Shown one piece after another: positions 20,036 to 29,456 of a stretch of DNA of 64,000 nt. Positions within the stretch are counted from its first letter, which is position 1; every line of letters begins with the position of its first letter. This stretch comes from an uncultured Chloroflexia bacterium. Its GTDB lineage: Bacteria > Chloroflexota > Limnocylindria > Limnocylindrales > CSP1-4. A program made the position numbers and the translations under genes. A model generated the notes under the pieces. That model saw only the letters and a list, made by a program, of their open reading frames with translations, was not told the origin of the DNA and did no database searches. The DNA is taken from NCBI GenBank assembly GCA_963819655.1, contig CAWFXA010000002.1, positions 1,664,001 through 1,728,000 of the forward strand. The letters run 5' to 3'.

Positions 20036-20686
20036 ATGGCGGAGCCGGGCGACCGGAACGAGACCCTCCGAGGGCCGAGGCGACGCCCCCGCGAGCCATC
20101 GGCCCGAGGATTCGACATCGCCACGCGGCTCCCCGACGGCCTCGAGGCCGCACAGGCGACCACGGAGCTCGGCATCGACATCATCCGCGTCGAGCGCATC
20201 CGGGCGTCGCTCGAACGCTTCGGCGATCGCTTCACGAACCGGGTCCTGACGCCGGCCGAGCAGCGCTACGTCCGCGGCCGGCCGGAGACGATGGCCGGCC
20301 GCTGGGCGGCCAAGGAGGCGGTCTCGAAGGTGCTCGGGCTCGGCGTCCGCGGCATCGGCTGGCGTGACATCGAGATCGAGCGGCTGCCGACCGGCCAGCC
20401 CAGCGTGCGCCTCCACGGCCGTGCCGCGGCGCGCGCCGAGCAGCTCGGCATGGGTCGTATCGCGGTCTCCATCACGCACGAGTCCGACTACGCGGTGGCG
20501 ATGGCATTCGGCGTCCGCACGGCGGGCGGCAGGTACCTTTTCCCGCCGGACATCGAGGATCGGCTCGACGATCGCGAACGCCGCATCCTCGCCCGCATCG
20601 AGCGGCTGCGCGTCCAGGCTGAGGCGAACGGGGCCGCCGCCCTCGCAACCGACGCGCCGAATGCCGGGGAGCCACCCCGTGCCTGA
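20036..20686 (+). CDS. acpS: Holo-ACP synthase with N- and C-terminal extensions
   Basis: LGIDII, AGRWAAKEAVSK, G.P, VSITHE. Confidence 0.93.
   Translation: MAEPGDRNETLRGPRRRPREPSARGFDIATRLPDGLEAAQATTELGIDIIRVERIRASLERFGDRFTNRVLTPAEQRYVRGRPETMAGRWAAKEAVSKVLGLGVRGIGWRDIEIERLPTGQPSVRLHGRAAARAEQLGMGRIAVSITHESDYAVAMAFGVRTAGGRYLFPPDIEDRLDDRERRILARIERLRVQAEANGAAALATDAPNAGEPPRA
20064..20113 (+). repeat. Repeat family B copy 4 (within predicted acpS N-terminal extension)
   Basis: ccctccgagggccgaggcgacgcccccgcgagccatcggcccgaggattc. Confidence 0.85.
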
Positions 20687-21770
20687 GCGGCGGGCGCTCG
20701 GCTTCGGCCGCCGAGCGGATGAAGGGATCGAGGGTTCGGCGGGTGGGTCCGACGAACGCCCCTGGCCGGAAGGCGTGCCGAAGCTCGACGAGGACGCGGC
20801 CATGGCGCTCCTGCCGCCGCGGCCCGCGCGCGGGCATAAGGGTTCGTTCGGAAAGCTCCTGGTCATCGCCGGGTCGCTCGACTACGCCGGCGCCGCCCTG
20901 CTGGTGTGTCGCGCCGCGGGTCGGACCGGGGTGGGGCTCGTGACGCTGGCCGTGCCTGAGACGCTCCAGCCGCTCTTCGCGGCGAAGGTCATCGAGGCGA
21001 CGACGATGGCGTTGCCCGAGGACGATGTCGAGGAGCTCGACCCGGAGCCGGCACTCGCGCGCATCTTCGATCACGAGCACGACGCGTTGGTGGTGGGACC
21101 CGGACTCCGGCCCGGTCTCGCCACGGCCGAGCTCGTCCGCCAGCTCATCGACGCCGGCGGCGAGGAGCGGCCGCCGCTCGTCCTCGACGCGGAGGCCCTT
21201 CGGTCGCTGGCCTCCATGGACGCCTGGTGGGAGGGCGACCGGCGGGCCGCCGTCCTCACGCCGCACACCGGCGAGTTCAAGCGGCTGCGCGCGGGTAGCG
21301 GCGTCGAGACGGACGCCGACGGCGACCTGAACGACGACGACGTCGCGCGGGTCGCGGCGGCCAAGGATGCGGCCACGAGCTGGCACCAGGTCGTCGTGCT
21401 CAAGGGCGCCCGCACCGTCATCGCAGCACCGGATGGCGAGGTCGTCGTCGCACCGTTCGAGAACCCGGCCCTTGCCACCGGAGGCACCGGCGACGTCTTG
21501 GCCGGGACGATCGGGTCGCTCCTGGCCCAGGGCCTGACCCCGTTCGCGGCGGCGCGGCTCGGCGTGTACCTCCACGGGATCGCCGGCGAGGGCGCCCGCG
21601 AGCGGTTCGGTGACGCCGGCCTGCTCGCCTCGGACCTGCCCGATGGCCTGGCGATCGCCCGTCGCCGCCTGGCGGCTCTCGCGGAGCGACGCACGAGCAA
21701 CAAGCGACTCGGGTTCCGGGTCGGGGAGCCTGCGCGACCCGCCGAGGAACCCGACGCGACTCCCGCGTGA
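20679..21770 (+). CDS. nnrD: NAD(P)H-hydrate dehydratase (no epimerase domain seen)
   Basis: HKGSFG..LVIAGS, VGPGL, LDAEAL, LTPH.GE, LATGGTGDVLAG. Confidence 0.92.
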   Translation: MPERRALGFGRRADEGIEGSAGGSDERPWPEGVPKLDEDAAMALLPPRPARGHKGSFGKLLVIAGSLDYAGAALLVCRAAGRTGVGLVTLAVPETLQPLFAAKVIEATTMALPEDDVEELDPEPALARIFDHEHDALVVGPGLRPGLATAELVRQLIDAGGEERPPLVLDAEALRSLASMDAWWEGDRRAAVLTPHTGEFKRLRAGSGVETDADGDLNDDDVARVAAAKDAATSWHQVVVLKGARTVIAAPDGEVVVAPFENPALATGGTGDVLAGTIGSLLAQGLTPFAAARLGVYLHGIAGEGARERFGDAGLLASDLPDGLAIARRRLAALAERRTSNKRLGFRVGEPARPAEEPDATPA

Positions 21771-21798
21771 CCGCGACCACCGGCCAACGTCCAGCCTC

Positions 21799-23058
21799 GT
21801 GACGGCTGCCACTGAGCCTGCGATCGAGACCCGTCTCGCGCGCGCGGGCCTGCCGCCGCTGCCCCGGCTGGCGTGGCTCGAGCTCGACCTCGATGCGCTC
21901 GTCGGCAACGTCGCGGCGCTGCGACGCCTCGCCGGCGGGGCATCGGTCCACCCGGTGGTCAAGGCCGACGCCTACGGTCATGGCGCGGTCCCGATCGCAA
22001 ACGCGCTCGCCGCTGCCGGGGTCGACGGCCTGTGCGTCGCAACCATGGACGAGGCGGTCGAACTGCGCGCCGCCGGGATCGACCTCCCGATCCGTGTCCT
22101 CTACGCGATCCCGCCCGCGCTGGTCCCCGAGGCGACCCGCCACGGGATCACGGTCGCGGCCGGCGATCGCGGAAGCCTCGAGGAGGTCCTGACCGCAGCG
22201 GCGGAAGTGCTCGACGACTCGACCGGCCCGACCGCGGCTGACCGCCTCCTCATCGAGATCGAAGTCGAGACCGGGCTCGGGCGCGGCGGCGCCAGGCCGG
22301 CCGACGTCGTCGGGATGGCCGAACGGATCGCGGCTTCGGACGTCGCGTCGCTCGTCGGCGTCTGGACACACCTCCAGGCGAGCGACGATGCGGTGATCAC
22401 GGCCCGCCAGCTGAAGCGGTTCGATGCCGTCTCGGACGCGCTCGGCGCGGCCGGCCACACGACGCCGCCACGGCACGTCGCCGCGAGCGGCGGGCTGCTG
22501 ACCGGCGTGGCCGGCTACACAGGCGTCCGGCCCGGCCTGTCGACCTACGGGATCGTGCCCGACGAGTTGGAGGGTCGCGACCTGCGCGATCGGGGCGGAG
22601 ACGGGTTCCGACCGGTGATGTCGCTGCACGCGCGGCCGGTGCGCGTCGCCGACCTCCCGGCGGGCCATGGTGTGAGCTACGGCCCCACGTTCACGACGAG
22701 CCGTCCCAGTCGCATCGCCACGTTGCCCCTCGGGTATGGCGACGGGTACGCCCGAGCCAACGCGAATCGTGCCGAGGCCCTCGTCCGCGGGCTGCGCGTC
22801 CCGGTCGTCGGCAACGTCACGATGGATGCCCTGATGGTCGACGTGACGGACGTTCCCGGACCGCCGGTCGGGCCGCTCGACGAGTTCGTCCTTCTCGGCC
22901 CCCAGGGCTCCGAACGGATCACGGCGGAGGACCTGGCGCGGCTGCGCACCACCAACACCTGGGAGGTCGTGACGGCGATGTCCGGCCGTCTTGCCCGGGT
23001 GTACCATGCCGCAGCCGAAGTGAAGAGCCTGCGGACGTTGAGCGGGTGGAGAGGGTAG
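21799..23058 (+). CDS. alr: Alanine racemase
   Basis: VVKADAYGHG, ETGLGR, VRPGLSTYG, VSYG, GYGDG, VTMD. Confidence 0.96.
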   Translation: MTAATEPAIETRLARAGLPPLPRLAWLELDLDALVGNVAALRRLAGGASVHPVVKADAYGHGAVPIANALAAAGVDGLCVATMDEAVELRAAGIDLPIRVLYAIPPALVPEATRHGITVAAGDRGSLEEVLTAAAEVLDDSTGPTAADRLLIEIEVETGLGRGGARPADVVGMAERIAASDVASLVGVWTHLQASDDAVITARQLKRFDAVSDALGAAGHTTPPRHVAASGGLLTGVAGYTGVRPGLSTYGIVPDELEGRDLRDRGGDGFRPVMSLHARPVRVADLPAGHGVSYGPTFTTSRPSRIATLPLGYGDGYARANANRAEALVRGLRVPVVGNVTMDALMVDVTDVPGPPVGPLDEFVLLGPQGSERITAEDLARLRTTNTWEVVTAMSGRLARVYHAAAEVKSLRTLSGWRG

Positions 23059-23592
23059 TTGGCACGCATCGAGCTGTGGAACGGCGATATCTGCGACCTC
23101 GAGGTCGACGCGATCGTCAACCCTGCGAACCTGTCCCTGTGGATGTCGACCGGCGTGTCCGGCGCGATCAAGCGAGCAGGCGGTGACGCGATCGAGTTCG
23201 CCGCGGTCCGCCAGGCACCGGTCCCCCTCGGCGAGTCCGTCGTGACCGACAGTGGCAACCTCGCGGCACGCGCCGTCATCCACGCCGTGTCGCTCGATCG
23301 CGATCGACGGACGAGCGGGCCGGTGATCGAGGCGGCCGTGCGCAGCGCGATGGCGCGCGCCCGAGAGATCGGCGCGACCAGCGTGGCGTTCCCAGCGCTC
23401 GGCACCGGGGTCGGTGGCTTCCCGCTCGAGGATGCGGCGCGGATCACGGTCGAGACCGTCCGTGAGGAGCTGGAGCAGTCGCCGGCGATCGAGCACGTGA
23501 CCTTCGCGCTCCGCGGCGCCGTGGCCTACAAGGCGTTCCAGACCGCCATCGCCGGGCTTGCGCCCGTCGGCCAGGCCGGCGCGGTCACGTGA
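23059..23592 (+). CDS. Macro domain (ADP-ribose-binding) protein
   Basis: GDI...DAIVNPAN...GVSGAI...VIHAV...FPALGTGVGG; TTG start abutting alr stop. Confidence 0.92.
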   Translation: MARIELWNGDICDLEVDAIVNPANLSLWMSTGVSGAIKRAGGDAIEFAAVRQAPVPLGESVVTDSGNLAARAVIHAVSLDRDRRTSGPVIEAAVRSAMARAREIGATSVAFPALGTGVGGFPLEDAARITVETVREELEQSPAIEHVTFALRGAVAYKAFQTAIAGLAPVGQAGAVT

Positions 23593-23879
23593 GCTTCCCG
23601 CACGAGCCGAGCGAGGAACAGCGCAACGACCTGGTCGAACAGGTCGCGCGGGAGATCCAGCTCCGCGGGCTCACATCGTCCGCCGTCCATTTCCTCGAGG
23701 CCAGCCGGCCGTACCGCGCGCTCGGGGCCAACGCGATGCTGTTCTTCGACCCGGTCCTGCGTGGCGTGTTCGGGGGCGACCTCGCCTCGGCGACCGAGAT
23801 CCTCGCCGACGACACGGGCATCGAGTTGCTCATCGCGAGGCTCGAGGAGCTCGACGACGAGCTCGTCTGGGACGGTTGA
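23589..23879 (+). CDS. Hypothetical protein (96 aa)
   Basis: Overlaps macro gene stop; typical codon usage; FLEASRP motif. Confidence 0.75.
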   Translation: MSFPHEPSEEQRNDLVEQVAREIQLRGLTSSAVHFLEASRPYRALGANAMLFFDPVLRGVFGGDLASATEILADDTGIELLIARLEELDDELVWDG

Positions 23880-23901
23880 TCGCGCACGACGGCTGATCGA
23901 C

Positions 23902-23934
23902 GAGTCGGCCGGTCCGGCCGACTCCGGGTAGCAT
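23902..23934 (+). promoter_or_regulatory. Perfect 11-bp inverted repeat followed by -10 (TAGCAT), 6 nt before GTG
   Basis: gagtcggccgg-t-ccggccgactc at 23902-23924; tagcat at 23929-23934. Confidence 0.5.
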
Positions 23935-23940
23935 CTGACG

Positions 23941-25563
23941 GTGACGCCGCAGCCGCACGCATTCCTCACGATCGACCATGGTTCCGCCACGGTGTCGGTC
24001 GCCCTCGTCGGCCGTGCCGGCGGGGCATGGCGGCTGATCGGCAGCCTGTCGATCCCGACCGGCGGCGACCTCGATCCCGCCGTCGATCTTCTCCTGGAAC
24101 GGACTCGCGCTGCCGACGCTGCGCTCGCCGACGCGATCGGCATCGCCGGGCTCCATCGCGACCAGTTGCCGAGGCTCGAAGTTCGCAGCCGGAGACCCCG
24201 TCGCATCGCCGTCGTCGCCGGCTCGGAGCGGACGCTCGCGGGGCTGGTCGCGACGGCGGGTCGGAGCGGCTGGCGGACGACCGGCGCGAGTGCCGAGACC
24301 ACGGACCCGCTCGCGATGTCGCGCCTCCTGCTCGACCGCGACATCGCCGCGATCGTGGTGGGCGCCGGTGACCCGCCGCGTGCAGACGAGCGCGGGGCGA
24401 TCCGCGAGCTCGCGACGCTCGTCGCGGCGGTCGCGATCCGGCGTCCGGAGATCCCGATCATCCTGTCCGGGTCGATGGCGGAGGGTCTCGACGTCTTCGG
24501 TGACGTCGCCGCCCGACCGGGCGAGGTCATGCTCGCGCCTGCCGCGGCCAAGGCAAGCGCCGGTAGCGATCCCGACGCCGAGGATCCGCTCGCCGACCTC
24601 CTGCTCGAGCTGGCCCTGCCGGCCGACGATCCACGACGGGCGCTCGGGGCGGGCACGCGCGCCCTCGCCGACGTGCTCGACCGTCGCGTCGAGGCCATCG
24701 TGCTGGGCCACGACGCCGGTGCCCGAGCGGTCGCGATCCCGGCCGCGGGCGGTCGACCCTCCTCGGTCCGGCTCGCGGTCGTGCCGTCCGCCGCGGTCGC
24801 GCCGGACGACCCCGACGATGCCGTCGTCGATGGCGTTCTCATGTGGATCACCGTGCCGGCCGATCGTCACCGGGTCCGCGACCGGATGCGCGAGCTCCGG
24901 ATCGCACCGTGGTCCGACGCGGCCGGCGAGGGCTCCGCGCTCCGGATGGCCGCCGCGCGGGCGGCACTGGTCAGGCTCGGCGCCGCGACGACCCGCTTCG
25001 ACGACGGCCCCGTGCCCGATCTCATCGTCGTCGCGAGCGGGGTCTGGACATCGGTCCCGGCGCCGGCGGTCTCGCTCGCCCACATCGATGTGCTGCGGCG
25101 TCCCGGGGCCAGCCTGTACGCGCTCGACCACGCCCGTCTCCTCGGTGCGCTCGGAGCGATCCCCGACGCAGGCGAGCGACGCGTTCTGTTCTCGGATCTC
25201 GTCGACGACCTGCTGGCCCCGCTGGGGAGCGTCGTGACGCCGGCCGGGCTGCGGGCGGGCAGATCGGCCGGGAGCGTCGTGGTCCACGCGTCGGACGGCA
25301 CGAACGAGCTGGAGCTCATGCCAGGCGGGCTCGAACTGGTTGACCTGCCGCCCGGAGCAACGGCGGTCGCCGAGTTCATGTTCCGCGACCGGGTCCGGCT
25401 CGGTGGCCGCGGTCGTCACTTCGCGGTCGACGTCGCGGGCGGGCTCGGTGGCCTCGTGGTGGATCTGCGCGACGTGCCACTGCGCCTGCCGGATCGGGCC
25501 GATCGACGGCGCGACCTGCTGGCCGCCTGGCAGGCGTCGTTGTGGGCCGGGTCCGAATCGTGA
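23941..25563 (+). CDS. GlmL/MutL(glutamate mutase L)-like actin-fold ATPase
   Basis: N-terminal LTIDHGSAT (phosphate-1-like); C-terminal GGLGGLVVDLR..PL.LP...RR....WQ recalled as typical of this family. Confidence 0.65.
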   Translation: MTPQPHAFLTIDHGSATVSVALVGRAGGAWRLIGSLSIPTGGDLDPAVDLLLERTRAADAALADAIGIAGLHRDQLPRLEVRSRRPRRIAVVAGSERTLAGLVATAGRSGWRTTGASAETTDPLAMSRLLLDRDIAAIVVGAGDPPRADERGAIRELATLVAAVAIRRPEIPIILSGSMAEGLDVFGDVAARPGEVMLAPAAAKASAGSDPDAEDPLADLLLELALPADDPRRALGAGTRALADVLDRRVEAIVLGHDAGARAVAIPAAGGRPSSVRLAVVPSAAVAPDDPDDAVVDGVLMWITVPADRHRVRDRMRELRIAPWSDAAGEGSALRMAAARAALVRLGAATTRFDDGPVPDLIVVASGVWTSVPAPAVSLAHIDVLRRPGASLYALDHARLLGALGAIPDAGERRVLFSDLVDDLLAPLGSVVTPAGLRAGRSAGSVVVHASDGTNELELMPGGLELVDLPPGATAVAEFMFRDRVRLGGRGRHFAVDVAGGLGGLVVDLRDVPLRLPDRADRRRDLLAAWQASLWAGSES

Positions 25564-26603
25564 CCGACGTGCAGGACAACGACCACAACGGCCACGTGCC
25601 GGATGCTCCACCGCCCTCGCTGGATGAAGCCATCTCGACGGGCGAGCCGGCCGCCGACCTCGGTCTCGTCCGGCTGCGGCGCCTGGTCGAGGGTCCGGTC
25701 GACGTCACCTTCCCACTGGCGCCGGGGGACCGCGCGCTGGTCGCCGTCGGCGAGTCCGTCGTGCCGGGGGCCCCGATCATCGAACGCGTGCGCGACCCGC
25801 GCCTGCTCGATGTCGTCATCCCGGAGTCGTCGGCACCGGAGCCGGGCGGCCACATCGCCGACGGTGAATTGCTGTTCGACTGGCGCGGCCGCTGGCGCGT
25901 CGCCGGCGGCGACGTCAGCGAGCCGATCGACAGCCCGATCGCAGGGATCGTTCGGGAGGTGCACCCAGGGACAGCGATCGTCGTGAAGGCGTCGGGTCAG
26001 GCGCTGCGCGCCATCGTCGCGCTCGGTGGGCCGACCAGGGGCCAGCTCCACGTCGCCTCATGGGTCGAGGGCGAGCTGCGCAGCGCCTCCGTCAACGTCG
26101 GGCTGGCCGGAAAGATCCTCGTCGTCGGGTCGCGGATCGACGCCGAGACGCTCACACGTGCGCGGGCGATGGGTGTGCGCGGGATCATCGTGGCGGGGCT
26201 CGCGAGCAAGGAGCGGCGCGATTTCCTCGCGTCGGAGGATCGACAGAAGGCCGCGCTGCACCGCCTTCCGCCATTCGCGGTCCTCGTCCTCGAGGGTGCG
26301 GTCCGGCGACCGTTGGCAGGGCCGGTCATGGATGTGCTCGACGCGCTCGAGGGACAGGATGTCGCGATCGTCGCGGACCCGCCGATGCTGATGTTCGACC
26401 TGCCGGAAGTCGCGATGCCGGTCCCGCGACCCGACCACGTGCGGGTGCGCGCGGGGCAGCTGTCCGGTCGCGAGGGCACCTGGACCGGTCTCGTGGGGCC
26501 GCGGCGGTTCGCCGGTGGCGTCCACCTCGAGGCCGGGACCGTCCGCTTCGAAGACGGCTCGACGGTCGCGGTGCCGCTCGGCGATCTCGAACGGTTCGGA
26601 TGA
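25560..26603 (+). CDS. Hypothetical protein with barrel-sandwich-hybrid-like and swivel-like segments
   Basis: VAVGESVVPGAPI...SPIAGIVREV; RARAMGVRGIIVAG; coupled to neighbours by overlapping start/stop codons. Confidence 0.7.
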   Translation: MTDVQDNDHNGHVPDAPPPSLDEAISTGEPAADLGLVRLRRLVEGPVDVTFPLAPGDRALVAVGESVVPGAPIIERVRDPRLLDVVIPESSAPEPGGHIADGELLFDWRGRWRVAGGDVSEPIDSPIAGIVREVHPGTAIVVKASGQALRAIVALGGPTRGQLHVASWVEGELRSASVNVGLAGKILVVGSRIDAETLTRARAMGVRGIIVAGLASKERRDFLASEDRQKAALHRLPPFAVLVLEGAVRRPLAGPVMDVLDALEGQDVAIVADPPMLMFDLPEVAMPVPRPDHVRVRAGQLSGREGTWTGLVGPRRFAGGVHLEAGTVRFEDGSTVAVPLGDLERFG

Positions 26604-27082
26604 CAGCGATGACCGTCCCGACCGCCGACCAGCGCGTCGTGATCTGCCCCGACCCGGCCGCGACGAGCGCTCTCGGCCGCGTGCTGGGCGCCGTCGCCGA
26701 GGCGGGCGATCTCGTGTGCCTGTGGGGGGACCTCGGTGCCGGGAAGACACACCTCGCCAAGGCATTCGGCGCGGCACTCGGCGTCACCGAGACCATCATC
26801 TCGCCGAGCTTCATCCTGATGGCCGAGTACGAGGGGCGACTGCCGCTCTTCCATATCGACCCGTACAGGCTGGCGAGCGCCGAGGACGCGCTCGCGGGCG
26901 GGCTCATCGACGAGCGCCAGGCGAGCGGTGTCACGCTCGTCGAGTGGCCGGAGCGGCTCGGCGACGCGCTGCCGCTCGATCGGCTCGACGTCCGGATCGA
27001 CGGGACGGGGGACGAGCCGCGCACGATCACACTCGTGGCGTGGTCGGATCGCTATCGACGCTACCTGGAGGCCGCCGGATGA
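26600..27082 (+). CDS. tsaE: t6A biosynthesis ATPase TsaE
   Basis: GDLGAGKT, SPSF, HIDPYRL, VEWPE. Confidence 0.96.
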   Translation: MTAMTVPTADQRVVICPDPAATSALGRVLGAVAEAGDLVCLWGDLGAGKTHLAKAFGAALGVTETIISPSFILMAEYEGRLPLFHIDPYRLASAEDALAGGLIDERQASGVTLVEWPERLGDALPLDRLDVRIDGTGDEPRTITLVAWSDRYRRYLEAAG

Positions 27083-27756
27083 CTCATGACGGCCGCCGGC
27101 CGGCCATCCTTGCCATCGACACCGCGACGACCCGCATCGTGATCGCGACGGGCTCGCCGGCGGGCGTCGCTGACGGGATCTCGACCTGGCCCGCCGGGCA
27201 CCGCCACGGCGAGACGCTGCTGCCCTCGATCGCCCGGTTCCTGGGCGAACAGAACATACGACGATCGCGGCTCAGCGGTATCGTCGTCGGCACGGGGCCG
27301 GGCGCGTTCACCGGGCTGCGGGTGGGCATCGCCACCGCCAAGGGGCTGGCGCATGGGCTGGGCATCCCCATCGCTGGGGTCTCGACCGCCGAGGCGCTGC
27401 TCGCCGCAGCGGGCGTCCAGAAGGCCGTGCTTCTGCTCCCCGCCGGGCCGTCCGACCGACTGATCGTGCGCCCCGGTCGCCACGCTGAGCCACTGCCGGC
27501 AGGGGCCGAGCCCATGCTCGATGCGTCGGAGACGCTGGTCGCTCTCGATCTCGAGGGCCGTGCGCCGACCGAAGCCCTTGAGCGGGGCGAGCACGCCCGT
27601 GCCAGGCTCGGACACGAGCTCATCAGGCTCGGCGCCGATCGGCTGCGGGTAGCGGGGCCGAGCGAGCTCGAGACGCTCGTGCCCGATTACGTCACGTTGC
27701 CGCGCGGGGTCCGCGCCGCAGATGGATCGATCGTATGGTCGCGCGACCACCTGTAA
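27079..27756 (+). CDS. tsaB: t6A biosynthesis protein TsaB
   Basis: ILAIDTAT, GPGAFTGLRVG. Confidence 0.95.
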   Translation: MTHDGRRPAILAIDTATTRIVIATGSPAGVADGISTWPAGHRHGETLLPSIARFLGEQNIRRSRLSGIVVGTGPGAFTGLRVGIATAKGLAHGLGIPIAGVSTAEALLAAAGVQKAVLLLPAGPSDRLIVRPGRHAEPLPAGAEPMLDASETLVALDLEGRAPTEALERGEHARARLGHELIRLGADRLRVAGPSELETLVPDYVTLPRGVRAADGSIVWSRDHL

Positions 27757-28346
27757 GGATCGTCATCGAGCCGATGCGGCTCGAGGACCTGACGGCCGTC
27801 CACGCGATCGAGCTCGCGAGCTTCGCCGCGCCGTGGCCGCCACACGCCTACCGCAGCGAGCTCGAGTCGAACCGCCTCGCCCACTATCTGGTCGCCCGGG
27901 CGGGTGACGCGGTCGCGGCATACGGCGGCATGTGGCTGATGGTCGACGAGGCGCACATCACGACGTTTGCGGTCCACCCGGCGTGGCGCCGTCAGCGCAT
28001 CGGGGAGCGCCTGTTGCTGGCCTTCCTCGACCTCGCCATCGACCGCCGCGCCCACGAGGCGACGCTCGAGGTTCGGCTGTCGAACCTGGCCGCCCGCAAG
28101 CTCTACGAGAAGTACGGGTTCCGGCCGGTCGGCCTGCGGCCGCGCTACTACACCGACGATCACGAAGACGCCCTGATCATGACGACCTTGCCGCTCGACG
28201 ACGCGGCCATGCGCGTCCGGATCGAGCGGCTGCGCACCGAGCTCGACGCGTCGCCCGCGCCGACCGAGCCAGCACCCTCGACCGAGCTCGAGGCGCCGAC
28301 CGAGACGGAGGCGCCGACCGATCCCCACGTGGACCACGGCGGGTGA
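27735..28346 (+). CDS. rimI: Ribosomal-protein-alanine N-acetyltransferase
   Basis: EAHITT.AVHP..RR..IG, TLEVR.SN..A..LY.K.GF, YY...EDALIM. Confidence 0.93.
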   Translation: MVARPPVRIVIEPMRLEDLTAVHAIELASFAAPWPPHAYRSELESNRLAHYLVARAGDAVAAYGGMWLMVDEAHITTFAVHPAWRRQRIGERLLLAFLDLAIDRRAHEATLEVRLSNLAARKLYEKYGFRPVGLRPRYYTDDHEDALIMTTLPLDDAAMRVRIERLRTELDASPAPTEPAPSTELEAPTETEAPTDPHVDHGG

Positions 28347-29416
28347 GCGGGCCGCTCCTGCTGGCGATCGAATCGTCGTGCGATGAGACGGGCATCGCGC
28401 TCGTCGAGGATGGTCGGCGCATCCTCAGCAACGTGGTCGCATCACAGGTCGCGCTCCACGCGCCGATGGGTGGGATCGTGCCCGAGCTCGCGGCCCGCGC
28501 GCACCTTCGTTGGATCGTCCCCACGCTCGACGAGGCGTGGGCGACGGCCGGCGTCGACTGGCGCGATATCGACGGCATCGCCGTCACGTACGGGCCCGGG
28601 CTGGCCGGATCGCTCCTGGTCGGGATCAATTTCGCCAAGGCGCTGTCATGGGTGCACGACACGCCGCTGATCGGGGTCAACCACCTCGAGGGGCACGTCT
28701 ACGCGGCGTGGCTATACGATCCGGGCGAAGATGTGGCCTCGAAGCCGGAGCCGGTCTTCCCGCTCGTCGCGCTGGTCGTGTCGGGCGGTCACACGTTCCT
28801 CGCGGAGATGACCGATCACCTGACGTACCGGCTGCTGGGCACGACCGTGGACGACGCCGCGGGCGAGGCATTCGACAAGGTCGGGCGGCTGCTCGGCCTC
28901 GGCTACCCGGGCGGTCCGGCGATCCAGCGCGCGGCCGAGGACGCGGTCCGGCGGGACATCCGGTTCCCACGGGCGTGGATGGGCGACTCGTACGACTTCA
29001 GCTTCTCCGGCCTGAAGACCGCGGCTCGCCGGATCGTCGCCGACGCGCGGTCCGCGGAAGGCCTGCCGCCGGACGACACGACCACGCCGTTGTCCGCGGC
29101 CACGACAGCCGAGCTTGCGTGGGGTTTCCAGGAGGCCGTGGTCGACGTGCTCGCGACGAAGACCGCGCGGGCGGCGCGCGAGATCGGCGCTCGCTCGATC
29201 GTCCTCGGCGGGGGCGTGGCCGCGAACAGCTGCCTGCGGGAGCGCCTGGCCGCGGAGGCGGGTGAGCTCGGTCTGCCGCTGATCGTGCCGCGACCCGGTC
29301 TGTGTACCGACAACGGCGCGATGATCGGGGCTGCCGGGGCACGTCGCTTCGAGGCGGGGGAGCGAGCCGGTCTCGACCTCGACGCCCGTCCGTCGTTGCC
29401 GCTGGCACAGCGATGA
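28343..29416 (+). CDS. tsaD: t6A transferase TsaD
   Basis: IESSCDET, VPELAAR.H, NHLEGH, SGGHT, GEAFDKVGR, TDNGAMI. Confidence 0.98.
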   Translation: MSGPLLLAIESSCDETGIALVEDGRRILSNVVASQVALHAPMGGIVPELAARAHLRWIVPTLDEAWATAGVDWRDIDGIAVTYGPGLAGSLLVGINFAKALSWVHDTPLIGVNHLEGHVYAAWLYDPGEDVASKPEPVFPLVALVVSGGHTFLAEMTDHLTYRLLGTTVDDAAGEAFDKVGRLLGLGYPGGPAIQRAAEDAVRRDIRFPRAWMGDSYDFSFSGLKTAARRIVADARSAEGLPPDDTTTPLSAATTAELAWGFQEAVVDVLATKTARAAREIGARSIVLGGGVAANSCLRERLAAEAGELGLPLIVPRPGLCTDNGAMIGAAGARRFEAGERAGLDLDARPSLPLAQR

Positions 29417-29456
29417 GCCCGCGGCTCGCGAGCCGGTCCCCCGCGAGTCCCGGACC

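Noticed and set aside
29413-29456. Possible family B remnant between tsaD and rsmA
   Set aside because: Only short words (cgcgagcc, cccccgcgag) match, which is too little in GC-rich DNA.
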